DNA of 39,236 nucleotides from a virus (Duplodnaviria > Caudoviricetes): IMG/VR virus record IMGVR_UViG_3300014167_000006, positions 1 to 39,236 of that record; one strand, written 5' to 3'. This document shows, piece by piece, positions 6,520 through 15,676 of this stretch. How positions within the stretch are numbered: the first letter of the stretch is position 1; each line of letters begins with the position of its first letter. A program made the position numbers and the translations under genes. The notes beneath the pieces are model-generated. The model saw only the letters and a list, made by a program, of their open reading frames with translations. It was not told the origin of the DNA and made no database searches.

Positions 6520-6600
6520 GCACCCGTGGTGTAAAGGTAGCCACGCTAGTCTCAAAAGCTAGTGTCTTCGGACGTGGGGGTTCAAATCCCTCCGGGTGCA
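6520..6600 (+). tRNA. tRNA-Leu(CAA)
   Basis: CTAGT-CTCAAAA-GCTAG; variable arm GTC-TTCG-GAC. Confidence 0.9.
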
Positions 6601-6642
6601 CTGTATACTTCGCTTGGTTTCAAGGCTGTAAGGAGTTATCCG

Positions 6643-7680
6643 ATGGAACAGGAACACATTACTAGACACCCATTAACGCATGAGAAGATGCGACCGTGGT
6701 CAGAAGAGCAGGTACTTCATGTTGCAGTGGCCTACACAAATCCACGGCGGTGGCATACACGCAGGCATCTTGCACATGATTTTCTTATGCACATGGCACA
6801 TATGGACAACGTACGATTGCATTTCGTTGAGATTGCTTTTGGTGATCGTCCTTTCGAAGTGGCCGATGAGAACAACCCAGATCACATCCGTCTTCGTACT
6901 CCACATGAGCTGTGGCTAAAGGAGAATGCCCTCAATATTGCCGTTCAGCACTTCCCAGTCGGTTGGAAGTACGGTGCTTACGTTGATGCAGATTTTGTGT
7001 TCACTAGACGAGATTGGGCCCTAGAAGCTATTCACCTCCTACAGCATTATCACTGGGTTCAGTTGTTCTCCACAGTACAACACATCAGTGGCAGTACTAT
7101 CCCAGGAGAAGGACATCAGCCGATCAATCTACTGTCTAGTTTTGCTCTTACCTATGCAGAGTCTGGACATGTGGTACCTAAAGACTGGGAGGCTCTTCTC
7201 AAGAAGCATCCGTATGGTGGCATGAGAAGCAGGATGTTCCCAGGAGCACCTGGTGGAGGCTGGGCTTTCCGTAGAGAGTCTATCGATATGGTAGGCGGAC
7301 TCATGGACCGCTGCATTTGTGGTAGTGGGGATAGCTATATGGCTTTTGGCATGGTGGGAGCGTTCAGAGGTATGCAGGCAAATGCTTTCGCAGGATTTAC
7401 ACCAGCCTTTTCTGGTTACATTACTGATTGGCAGAGGAGGGCTGCTCAGTGCCACGGTAACATAGGCTATGTAGATCAAATGTGTGTACACCACTTCCAC
7501 GGTCCTATGAGCAAAAGAGGGTATGGGAGTAGAGACCACATTTTGGTTAGTGAGAAGTTCGATCCGTATCGTGATGTCTATCCAGACAGTCATGGTGTTC
7601 TTCAGTTGACTCCAAGTAAGCCGAGACTGCGGCATTTGCTGCAGGAGTACTTCCGAACAAGATGTGAGGACATTCCATAA
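6643..7680 (+). CDS. GT-A fold glycosyltransferase-like protein
   Basis: RBS AAGGAG before ATG 6643; KENALNIA, YVDAD (DxD), GSGD, HHFHG. Confidence 0.7.
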   Translation: MEQEHITRHPLTHEKMRPWSEEQVLHVAVAYTNPRRWHTRRHLAHDFLMHMAHMDNVRLHFVEIAFGDRPFEVADENNPDHIRLRTPHELWLKENALNIAVQHFPVGWKYGAYVDADFVFTRRDWALEAIHLLQHYHWVQLFSTVQHISGSTIPGEGHQPINLLSSFALTYAESGHVVPKDWEALLKKHPYGGMRSRMFPGAPGGGWAFRRESIDMVGGLMDRCICGSGDSYMAFGMVGAFRGMQANAFAGFTPAFSGYITDWQRRAAQCHGNIGYVDQMCVHHFHGPMSKRGYGSRDHILVSEKFDPYRDVYPDSHGVLQLTPSKPRLRHLLQEYFRTRCEDIP

Positions 7681-7689
7681 GGAGGCTGA

Positions 7690-8244
7690 GTGCAAATACA
7701 GAAAGATCATTTAGGTGGTTATGAGGAGGGTGGAGATTCAGCGACATACTACCCAGATTTGTGGAGATGGGCAGTAGAGACCTGGAAGATAAAATCAGTT
7801 CTAGATGTGGGTTGTGGTGAAGGCCACTCCCTCAAGTTCTTCCGAGATCAGCTAAAGTGTGAGGTGCTGGGTATCGAGGGATTGTGTCAAGAAGGTGCAA
7901 ATATTCTTCAGTGGGACTTTACAGAAGGTCCGTGGATACCCAAAAAACAAAGAGACATGATCTGGTGTTGTGAGTTCCTTGAACATCTTGAGGAAAAGTA
8001 CCTACACTGGCTCAGACCGGCACTTATAAGTGCACCACTCGTTCTAATGACTCACGCAAATCCAGGGCAGGGTGGATACCACCACGTGAACTGCCGAGAT
8101 GCTGAGTACTGGAAGGGTTTCTTCGCCGCATTAGGATTTCAGTACGACGCAAGTGCGACCATTGATGCTCGTATCGAGGCCGCAAAGAATGACAACCCCT
8201 ACAACCATTTCAGAAGGTCTGGAATGGTTTTCAGAAAGGTGTAG
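7690..8244 (+). CDS. class I SAM-dependent methyltransferase
   Basis: SVLDVGCGEG motif; EFLEHL; GYHHVN. Confidence 0.85.
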   Translation: MQIQKDHLGGYEEGGDSATYYPDLWRWAVETWKIKSVLDVGCGEGHSLKFFRDQLKCEVLGIEGLCQEGANILQWDFTEGPWIPKKQRDMIWCCEFLEHLEEKYLHWLRPALISAPLVLMTHANPGQGGYHHVNCRDAEYWKGFFAALGFQYDASATIDARIEAAKNDNPYNHFRRSGMVFRKV

Positions 8245-8267
8245 TATCAATAAAGAAAGGAAAGATC

Positions 8268-8795
8268 ATGTCTTCCGCAGTGTTAGTGCTAGATGTTCAG
8301 TACAGACCTCTCGTGATTGAGAGCTGGCAGCGTGCTATTACCGGTGTATTCACTGGTAAGACCGAAGTTGTGCATTATTCAAAAGATCGTACCATAAAGG
8401 GTGCGTCTAGAGAGTATCCAATGCCTTTGGTGGTACGTGTGCTTCGCAACTTTAAGCGTGATAAGCTCAAGATCAAATTCTCTCGTCTGAATGTATATGC
8501 ACGTGACAATTTTACTTGTCAGTACTGCAGAATGCAGTTCATGTCGGAAGACTTGACCTTTGATCACGTCATACCGCAGTCTAAGGGCGGAAAAACATGC
8601 TGGGAGAACATTGTGGCAGCCTGTGTATCTTGTAATCGTATAAAGGCAAACAGGACGCCTGAACAAGCTGGCATGTCACTTCTGAAAAAACCTAAGAAGC
8701 CTTCTTACTTGCCAATGATAACCGTAAAGATGGATCTAAAGAGTGTCCCTGAGGAGTGGAAGGCTTACTGGTCAGTAGATCTAAGTAAGGGCTAA
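8268..8795 (+). CDS. HNH endonuclease (McrA-like)
   Basis: RDNFTCQYC..LTFDHVIP..GG..WENIVAACVSCN..K. Confidence 0.9.
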   Translation: MSSAVLVLDVQYRPLVIESWQRAITGVFTGKTEVVHYSKDRTIKGASREYPMPLVVRVLRNFKRDKLKIKFSRLNVYARDNFTCQYCRMQFMSEDLTFDHVIPQSKGGKTCWENIVAACVSCNRIKANRTPEQAGMSLLKKPKKPSYLPMITVKMDLKSVPEEWKAYWSVDLSKG

Positions 8796-8796
8796 A

Positions 8797-8837
8797 AGAA
8801 AAGTCGGATAGGGAGGGTCACTCTATCCGACTTTTCT
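8797..8837. terminator. bidirectional intrinsic terminator
   Basis: AGAAAAGTCGGATAG/CTATCCGACTTTTCT between convergent genes. Confidence 0.75.
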
Positions 8838-8852
8838 GTACTTCTTATTTGC

Positions 8853-9089
8853 TTAACTGATTAGCTCACGTTTGAGACTATCTTCTATCTCTGTCAGTAC
8901 TTCTTTGCACCGCAGCAGTGAGAGCTTCCGGGCACAAAGCGAGAGACCAGGTGTGTATACTAGTCTTAGATTGGTACACGCCATTAAGCGAAGTCTGGGC
9001 TCGACTGTCATGCTTTCTAGTCTAGCTAGTTTATTGTGTGCATCTTCCAGGTCAGGTTGCAATGAAAGCATCCAGTTCTGATTAGACAC
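8853..9089 (-). CDS. hypothetical protein
   Basis: GTG start after GGAGGT; promoter motif at 9112-9119. Confidence 0.5.
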   Translation of the reverse strand: MSNQNWMLSLQPDLEDAHNKLARLESMTVEPRLRLMACTNLRLVYTPGLSLCARKLSLLRCKEVLTEIEDSLKRELIS

Positions 9090-9191
9090 ATAACCACCTC
9101 CTCTCATATTCCTTATCCCATTTTTTTTGTTTGGTTTTATGGTTAAAGAAAAGCACAAAGGATTGACTCCCTTGCGCTTTTCTTTAGCCTT

Positions 9192-9416
9192 CTAACCAGT
9201 TACGCTCTGTGTGTTCTGCCCTTCTTCAAGTAGATCGAGTTGGCGATTCCACGCAGCCAGAGCTTTTACTCTGGTCAAGAAGTTGAAGTCGGTATTCTGT
9301 GTGAGTGTTTTCCATTTATTAGCCTCATACAGATCAGGAGAGCCAGTTTGTTCCATGCGCAGAGATCTGTCCTCTGCGGCCTTCACTCCTGCAGCGAATT
9401 CTTGGTAAGGTGTCAT
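9192..9416 (-). CDS. hypothetical protein
   Basis: ATGA-coupled to 9413-9637. Confidence 0.55.
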   Translation of the reverse strand: MTPYQEFAAGVKAAEDRSLRMEQTGSPDLYEANKWKTLTQNTDFNFLTRVKALAAWNRQLDLLEEGQNTQSVTG

Positions 9417-9637
9417 GTACTTGTGCTTTCCTTTCTGAGCCATGTATCGATGTTGTTGAGGATGTCTATCGCCTCATCTAAAAAGGCGTTTCTTGCAGAA
9501 AGTGGTAGTTTGCCATCTGCTTCTTTGATCAAACCATCCAATCTGTGTTTGTCCTGGTATGGAATGTTGGCGTACTCGAGTATCAGTGTCCTGTGCTTTA
9601 CCACCGCAAGCTTGTCTTCGAAATGTTGCGTAAGCAT
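9413..9637 (-). CDS. hypothetical protein
   Basis: RBS AGGAGG; promoter motif at 9656-9663. Confidence 0.6.
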   Translation of the reverse strand: MLTQHFEDKLAVVKHRTLILEYANIPYQDKHRLDGLIKEADGKLPLSARNAFLDEAIDILNNIDTWLRKESTST

Positions 9638-9700
9638 GGCGTCCTCCTTACCTTCCTTATCCCCGTTTACAGTGACACTTTTGCCGTGTATGGTGTAACT

Positions 9701-10075
9701 ATGGCAACACGTCCTAAAGTCTTGGCACTGGACCTAGATGACACAACTCTGTTCGACGCACATCCAGCATTAGGCAAACCAATCGATGGGATCATTCAAC
9801 AGCTAGAGGTGTTGAAAGCTATGGGTTGGTTGATTACTATCTGGACTGTTAGAAATGAGTCCAAAGAAATTGCTGAACATCTGAAGAAGCTTGGTGTTCC
9901 ATTTGACTACATAAACGAGAATCCATTTGGTCCATCAGGCGGTAGTAGAAAGATATATGCTGACGTCTATCTTGACGACAGGGCCCTGAATTTCGATGGA
10001 GAGACTAAGGGTCTTGCTGAAAAGATCAATAGCTTCAAACCGTGGCACGGTCACAATCCTGTTAGTGGCAAGTAA
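9701..10075 (+). CDS. HAD-superfamily phosphatase-like protein
   Basis: LALDLDDT motif I; IWT; KIYADVYLDDRA. Confidence 0.8.
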   Translation: MATRPKVLALDLDDTTLFDAHPALGKPIDGIIQQLEVLKAMGWLITIWTVRNESKEIAEHLKKLGVPFDYINENPFGPSGGSRKIYADVYLDDRALNFDGETKGLAEKINSFKPWHGHNPVSGK

Positions 10076-10124
10076 GGCTACTCTCTGGTACGGTTTGTGC
10101 AGTAAACTGAAAGTGGAGGAAATC

Positions 10125-10994
10125 ATGTCCAAGATATCTATTCGTCATACGTTACAGGCTGTAGTGGGTGCGCTGTTAGTAGTATTACCTTTGATCGGTG
10201 ACATTGCTAAGAACTACCCAAAACTCTCATGGTTGAGTGCAGGAACAGGCTTTTTACTAGCTCTGTTTGCTAATCCTAAGGTTGTGCTGGCGGCACAATC
10301 ACTATTAGATCTGTTTTTCCCAGATGTTCCAGCTGGGCCTACAGGAGCTCCAGGTGTTTCTGGGCCTACAGGAGTTACGGGTGTTACTGGTCCTTTACCA
10401 CAGCAAAAGGATGGTGGATTTATTGCACCACGTACCATGTTCACTATGATGTTTGCTGCTGTAACAGTAATGTTCATACTGCTAATGTCTCGGCCAGCGC
10501 ATTCTCAGACTGCATCTCAGAAATATGGTGGATGCCTCACACCAGCATCGTATGGACAAATTTGCGTAGGTCCTCGAGCAGGTGTATTGGTGACTCGATA
10601 TGACTTCACCGGACCACTCAGTGGTAAGTTCACAGGAGGCTTCCAGCCAGGAGCAGGATATGGGATCATTCTTCAATCAGCTGACCCTATGCAAAACTGG
10701 AAGATGATAGAGTTCGATCTCTTCGGTTCTGCTATGGTTGGAGGCAGTGGTACTACTATACCAAGCAGTTTTGCTCTTACTGGTATGCTCACATTCTTCA
10801 ACTACGTTACACTTGGTGGTGGTTCACAGTGGACAGAACAAGCTGTAGGTAGCGCCAAGTCTGGTCTCTTTATTACAGGTGGACTGACTCTGAACATTGG
10901 TGGCATGACCCCTGCGCAGTCTAAGGCACACATGGAGATGATCAAGAAAGTAGAAGCAGAAGAGAAGGCAAAAGAAGCAAAGATGGTGCAATAA
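10125..10994 (+). CDS. multi-domain membrane protein (two TM helices, collagen-like linker, internal signal, beta-rich domain)
   Basis: RBS GGAGGA; hydrophobic helices; GPTGAPGVSGPTGVTGVTGP. Confidence 0.7.
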   Translation: MSKISIRHTLQAVVGALLVVLPLIGDIAKNYPKLSWLSAGTGFLLALFANPKVVLAAQSLLDLFFPDVPAGPTGAPGVSGPTGVTGVTGPLPQQKDGGFIAPRTMFTMMFAAVTVMFILLMSRPAHSQTASQKYGGCLTPASYGQICVGPRAGVLVTRYDFTGPLSGKFTGGFQPGAGYGIILQSADPMQNWKMIEFDLFGSAMVGGSGTTIPSSFALTGMLTFFNYVTLGGGSQWTEQAVGSAKSGLFITGGLTLNIGGMTPAQSKAHMEMIKKVEAEEKAKEAKMVQ

Positions 10995-10995
10995 C

Positions 10996-11394
10996 ATGTG
11001 CTATGTGCAGCTTTTTTTAGCCATCTTTCTGATAAGCAGCTGTATCAAGCCTGTGCCAGGTCCTATCCCTGGGCCTACACCAGTAATCACTGATGCAGGC
11101 CCTCCAGATATATTCCACGGTATTACTGCTGACTGTACTCTTCCTGTGGTGGCTAGTCAGAGGGTTGGTGTTTTAGATCAAGTAAGGACATGTGCAGACG
11201 TCAGTAACACCGCTACTTGTTTTACGATGTTAACTCAAAGTGCCGCAAAAGATACGATTGTATGTGTAGCTCAGCAACTTAGTATGACTTTGCATCAGAG
11301 TATGGCTAAAGGCACAGCAAACGACACTATGACAGCAGAAGCAACAGCTATTGATAATTGGATCAAGGCTGAACAAATAGGTATCAGAAACTGA
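10996..11394 (+). CDS. putative lipoprotein
   Basis: Hydrophobic signal ending LISSC; Pro-rich linker; Cys residues. Confidence 0.6.
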   Translation: MCYVQLFLAIFLISSCIKPVPGPIPGPTPVITDAGPPDIFHGITADCTLPVVASQRVGVLDQVRTCADVSNTATCFTMLTQSAAKDTIVCVAQQLSMTLHQSMAKGTANDTMTAEATAIDNWIKAEQIGIRN

Positions 11395-11410
11395 CCGAAG
11401 GAGAACTCTG

Positions 11411-12433
11411 ATGATCAAGCAAGTATTTGCTCCGCATCTGAACGCAAATGTAAAGTTAGGTAGAAAACGTCCTGTAGCTCTTGGGCCGCATCTTAAAGCT
11501 GATAGGTACTTCAAGGCATCTCTTCCAGCGCCTCCAACGTCATGTGACTACACAGCTAAGGCTGCAGCAGCTCTAGCCAACATCTATGATAATGACACTC
11601 TTGGTGACTGTGTCATTGCTGGTGGTTATCACATCACTGGTGTAGCTACTGGTAATGCTGGAGATTTGTTCCAGGCCACTAGTGCACAGATCATCAAAGA
11701 CTATAGTGCTATCGGTGGTTATGTGCCTGGAGACCCAAATACAGATAATGGTTGTGATGAAGTTACGGCTTTGAACTATTGGCAGGCTCATGGTTTTGCT
11801 GATGGCACTAAGATCTTAGGGTGGTTGGCAATAGACCCCTCTAACCTCAATGAGATCATGCAGGCCATGTATCTGTTTGAGAATCTCATGTTCGGTGTAG
11901 AACTACCAGATGCTTGGATTAGTCCATTCCCAAGTGGTAGTGGCTTCACCTGGGGTGCTGCTGGTGCGCCAGATCCTGATAACGGTCACTGCGTTGTAGG
12001 TGTTGGCTACAACACAAACGGTGTTCAAATAGATACTTGGGGGCTGATTGGTACTATGACTTGGGCTGCTGTGCAACAGTACTGTGCACAGTCTGCTGGT
12101 GGTCAGCTTTTTGTAATGATCACTCCAGATCAATTGGCAGCAGGTCAGAGTAAGGCTCCTAATGGAGTAGCTTGGACAGATTTGATTTCGGATTTCGATG
12201 CTCTTGGTGGAAATGTTCCAGTACCTACGCCACCAGCACCAACACCTCCTGTACCGACTCCTCCAACACCTGTGCCACCAACTCCAGTCCCTCCATCTCC
12301 TACTGTTGTTACCTTGGCACAAGCAGAGCAGTGGGCTACGGTAGGACTTAATGCACTACCTAGAGTGATAACTAGACAGCAAGCATCTACAGCAGTCATA
12401 AGCAGTCTGTCTAAGCACTGGCCAAAGAAGTAG
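11411..12433 (+). CDS. papain-fold (C1-like) cysteine peptidase with Pro-rich linker
   Basis: NDTLGDCV, GHCVVGVGY, DTWG; PTPP repeats. Confidence 0.75.
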   Translation: MIKQVFAPHLNANVKLGRKRPVALGPHLKADRYFKASLPAPPTSCDYTAKAAAALANIYDNDTLGDCVIAGGYHITGVATGNAGDLFQATSAQIIKDYSAIGGYVPGDPNTDNGCDEVTALNYWQAHGFADGTKILGWLAIDPSNLNEIMQAMYLFENLMFGVELPDAWISPFPSGSGFTWGAAGAPDPDNGHCVVGVGYNTNGVQIDTWGLIGTMTWAAVQQYCAQSAGGQLFVMITPDQLAAGQSKAPNGVAWTDLISDFDALGGNVPVPTPPAPTPPVPTPPTPVPPTPVPPSPTVVTLAQAEQWATVGLNALPRVITRQQASTAVISSLSKHWPKK

Positions 12434-12441
12434 GAGAGATT

Positions 12442-13251
12442 ATGTTAGATCACAGCAAACTCCCGCTCGGTAAGAAGCCGTTCGTACCGAAAAGCAAAGA
12501 TCTGTGCCTTTCAAAGTACATTGATAAGGCAACGGTTATAACTTCTGCACAGATTCCAACAGCACCTGATTGGCAGGCTTTTAGTTGTCCTGACGGCAAC
12601 TTACCACCTCCAGATACTGATGCTCTAGGAAATGATCGAGCGGGTTGCTGTGTTTTTGCTGGTCCTGGGCATATGGTCAATATGATCAATGCCCAACTTG
12701 GTGACAGTAATCGAGTAGCTGCATCTGATGTTATTGCTGCATACTCCAAGTACACTGGTTACGATCCGGTTACTGGAAATAATGACAATGGCTATGATGT
12801 TCGTACTATGTTGGGGCATTGGGTAGAAGATGGTCTGTACGGTACTCATGCTATTGGATATGCCTTAGTAAACTGGAATGACCCAGCAGAGACTGCTATA
12901 GCCACTTGGTTGGGTTGTGGAACTATTGGAGGCTACACTCTTCCTCTAGCCGCTCAGGGGCAGACAGATGCTCAGGGAAGGCAGCTGTGGGATGTTCCTG
13001 CAGGAGGTTGGCCTGCTGGTAAGGGTCCAGGAACATGGGGAGGGCACTGCATGTGGGTGCGTGGTTCGTCTCCTGCACTAACCAATGCTAACTCTTGGGG
13101 GGAAGACACAATCTGGACTATGGCGTGGCAGCAGGCTTGCTGTGATGAGATGTGGATAGTCTTGGTAGATAAGTGGGTAGCCACCAGTGGCAGAGCACCA
13201 AATGGATTCGCGTTTCAAGATCTGTTGAACGACGTGAAGGCCAGAGGATGA
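12442..13251 (+). CDS. papain-fold (C1-like) cysteine peptidase, paralogue
   Basis: GNDRAGCCV, GGHCM, NSWG. Confidence 0.75.
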   Translation: MLDHSKLPLGKKPFVPKSKDLCLSKYIDKATVITSAQIPTAPDWQAFSCPDGNLPPPDTDALGNDRAGCCVFAGPGHMVNMINAQLGDSNRVAASDVIAAYSKYTGYDPVTGNNDNGYDVRTMLGHWVEDGLYGTHAIGYALVNWNDPAETAIATWLGCGTIGGYTLPLAAQGQTDAQGRQLWDVPAGGWPAGKGPGTWGGHCMWVRGSSPALTNANSWGEDTIWTMAWQQACCDEMWIVLVDKWVATSGRAPNGFAFQDLLNDVKARG

Positions 13252-13577
13252 CTAGTGACTTAGTGACCCAAAAGAAGGTTAAAGTAAAAGTGATCGAAGG
13301 AGAAGACCTCTGGCAGGTCGGATTCTCCTTCGATGCATTTTACTTGATACCTTGGATGAGTGGTTTAGTTAAGATCAACGATGTTTACTGTAATGAGCAT
13401 GGCGTATTCTTTATAGTGACCAGTCTGGATAAAACAGGACAGCTATTTACGTCTGGTGTTTTGAAGGGTAGTCCTATGGATACTGTTACTTTGCCCTTTC
13501 AATCTATGTACGTATCTATTGCCGAGAGCGAGGTTTCCACGCAGCTACCACGGAGATATCGTCAAGTAGGAGACTGA
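13248..13577 (+). CDS. hypothetical protein
   Basis: ATGA-coupled ORF. Confidence 0.5.
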   Translation: MTSDLVTQKKVKVKVIEGEDLWQVGFSFDAFYLIPWMSGLVKINDVYCNEHGVFFIVTSLDKTGQLFTSGVLKGSPMDTVTLPFQSMYVSIAESEVSTQLPRRYRQVGD

Positions 13578-14478
13578 GTGCTTGGTTACAGGATACGATG
13601 TCATCTCTGTCCAAATCTTTGATCGCAGCCACCGACTCTTCTGTAAGCTCTTCTCGAAGCTTCTTTGCATAGGCTTCAAGGTCTCTAGACAGCACTATGA
13701 TCTTATCGAACAGTCGTAATGCTGGATTTACGTTGTGCGTACCCTTTTCTCCTGGTGGTAGTGGAGGAGTAGGACGTCTTCTAGCCTCTTTCAGACGTTC
13801 TTCTGTGTCCTCTTGGGTCTCATTAAGCATGAGTTGTAGCTCCACCTCTTGATCTTCTGGACTCATACGAGATAGCAAGTCTGCCTGACGTTTAGATATC
13901 TGTTCTTTCTCATATGCTTTAGCAGCATCTTTGATCAGATTTTCCATAGCTACTGCACGCATAACTGTGCGGGTGCTGATGCCTCTGTTAGATGCGACTT
14001 CTCTGATAGCAGTATTTTCTACTTTTTCTGGTTGACCAACTTTACTGCTTTTACTTCTTGCAGGGTCTGGCAGATCATGTCTGTCTCTTTCAAGTTGCTG
14101 CTTCTTGATGTCCACTAGCTCTCTTAAAGCTGCGTCTTGAACAGCTGGAGATAGGTCTTCTCTGTCTAGGTTCTCACAAATAGATTCTTGGCGGGCATCT
14201 AGATCATCTTTTGTCTTAATGAGACAAGGTATGGTCCTTAATCCTAGCTTTCTGGCAGCTTTGAAGCGTCGTTCACCTACTATGTACTCGAAGCCTTTGC
14301 CGTCCTTTTTGCGGAGAACTGTGATGGGATTGTTTATACCACCGGCATCATCTATGTTCTCACATAGACGCTTAAATTTTTCTGGGTCGATCTCTCGAGT
14401 AAAGTGTAGTGGACTCTTGCGTATTTTACTGACTTCGATCTCTTCATACTTGACAGCTTTCGGCTTTGCCATGATCAT
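13516..14478 (-). CDS. ParB/RepB/Spo0J family protein
   Basis: NPITV..YIVGERRFKAA..ENLDREDLS; HTH-like segment. Confidence 0.85.
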   Translation of the reverse strand: MIMAKPKAVKYEEIEVSKIRKSPLHFTREIDPEKFKRLCENIDDAGGINNPITVLRKKDGKGFEYIVGERRFKAARKLGLRTIPCLIKTKDDLDARQESICENLDREDLSPAVQDAALRELVDIKKQQLERDRHDLPDPARSKSSKVGQPEKVENTAIREVASNRGISTRTVMRAVAMENLIKDAAKAYEKEQISKRQADLLSRMSPEDQEVELQLMLNETQEDTEERLKEARRRPTPPLPPGEKGTHNVNPALRLFDKIIVLSRDLEAYAKKLREELTEESVAAIKDLDRDDIVSCNQALSLLLDDISVVAAWKPRSRQ

Positions 14479-14933
14479 CCTTTCATCAGTTGGTGTGGGT
14501 AGGTTACTGGTGCTCCTAATGCAGTACGGACAGTGATCTCTACAGACAGCATCATTATCTGTTTATAGAAGCTTTTTTCCTGGTCCTGATCTGCATGGTG
14601 TTTTAGGACAGCAGGGACCATAACATGCTGGCCTTCACATTCAAAACTATCTTCAGTTGGTCTCCAATTAAGACTGTTTATGATCCAGCCCTTTTTGTTT
14701 TCTCTGTTGCCCCATCCTTTGTTGACGTCTACGGTATCTACTAGCTCTGTCACGGTAACGATTCTGTTTTCTAGTAGCCACATACTGACGCAGTACTCAT
14801 CTTTTTCGCAACGTATGGCACCTATTTTGTGGGGCAGTGGTCCATGTGTTGGATGTAGCCAATCGTGGGATTGTTTTCCTGTCCATTCTTCTAATGGTCT
14901 GACTGGATGATCTGTTATGTATTCGATGTTCAT
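14475..14933 (-). CDS. hypothetical protein
   Basis: RBS GAGG; promoter motif at 14969-14976. Confidence 0.6.
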   Translation of the reverse strand: MNIEYITDHPVRPLEEWTGKQSHDWLHPTHGPLPHKIGAIRCEKDEYCVSMWLLENRIVTVTELVDTVDVNKGWGNRENKKGWIINSLNWRPTEDSFECEGQHVMVPAVLKHHADQDQEKSFYKQIMMLSVEITVRTALGAPVTYPHQLMKG

Positions 14934-14993
14934 GTTCCTCCTGGTTAACTTTCCTTAATAGTTACAGTCTTATACCGTGATCTATCTGAAAAT

Positions 14994-15485
14994 TTACTTA
15001 CTCTGTAAATATGATACGGCTGCCAACAGTATTTTTGGATCATCTCTTAACATACCAATTCCAGCATTGCAGTTACTGCATAGTAGTCCTCTTATTTTGT
15101 TAGTTTTATGATCATGATCTACAGCTAAATGGCGAGACCCAGGGGGTTTTTCACAGACAGCACATACACCATTTTGTTGAGATAGTAGCCACATGTAGTC
15201 TTCTTGATCTATACCAAATTGACGTTTTAATTGGTACCATTTCTGTCTACCCTCCTTTGCGTACTGTTTTTTGCATTTGCGTAATACTTGTCGTTTATGT
15301 CTACGGTAGTATTCTCTGCTACATCTATTGAAGGTAGCCCTACCTTTATCTGTGTCTCTGTAGGCACGATGGATCAGTTTTCTACAGGACTTACAGTACT
15401 CGTCAAAACCACTTTTGTTTGATTTGTTCTTGTAGAAAGTACCTGTATCTTTGTCTTCGTGACATCTAGCGCATTTTTTTGTCAT
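14994..15485 (-). CDS. endonuclease VII domain-containing protein
   Basis: QQNGVCAVC..LAVDHDH..IRGLLCSNCNAGIG; N-terminal CxxC pairs. Confidence 0.9.
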   Translation of the reverse strand: MTKKCARCHEDKDTGTFYKNKSNKSGFDEYCKSCRKLIHRAYRDTDKGRATFNRCSREYYRRHKRQVLRKCKKQYAKEGRQKWYQLKRQFGIDQEDYMWLLSQQNGVCAVCEKPPGSRHLAVDHDHKTNKIRGLLCSNCNAGIGMLRDDPKILLAAVSYLQSK

Positions 15486-15676
15486 TAGTGGCTTATATCA
15501 TAGAAAACATGTGCCGCAAAACTAGAGAATTTGCTGGGATAAGTCTTCAATCATTAAGTATAGGACTTACGTGACACATTGTGCTGTTCTTTTTTGAACA
15601 ATCTATTTGACAGCACTGATCTAGGGTATAGATTGTTCACAAGGCTGACGCCGAAAGATCATGAAAAGGAGACCGA

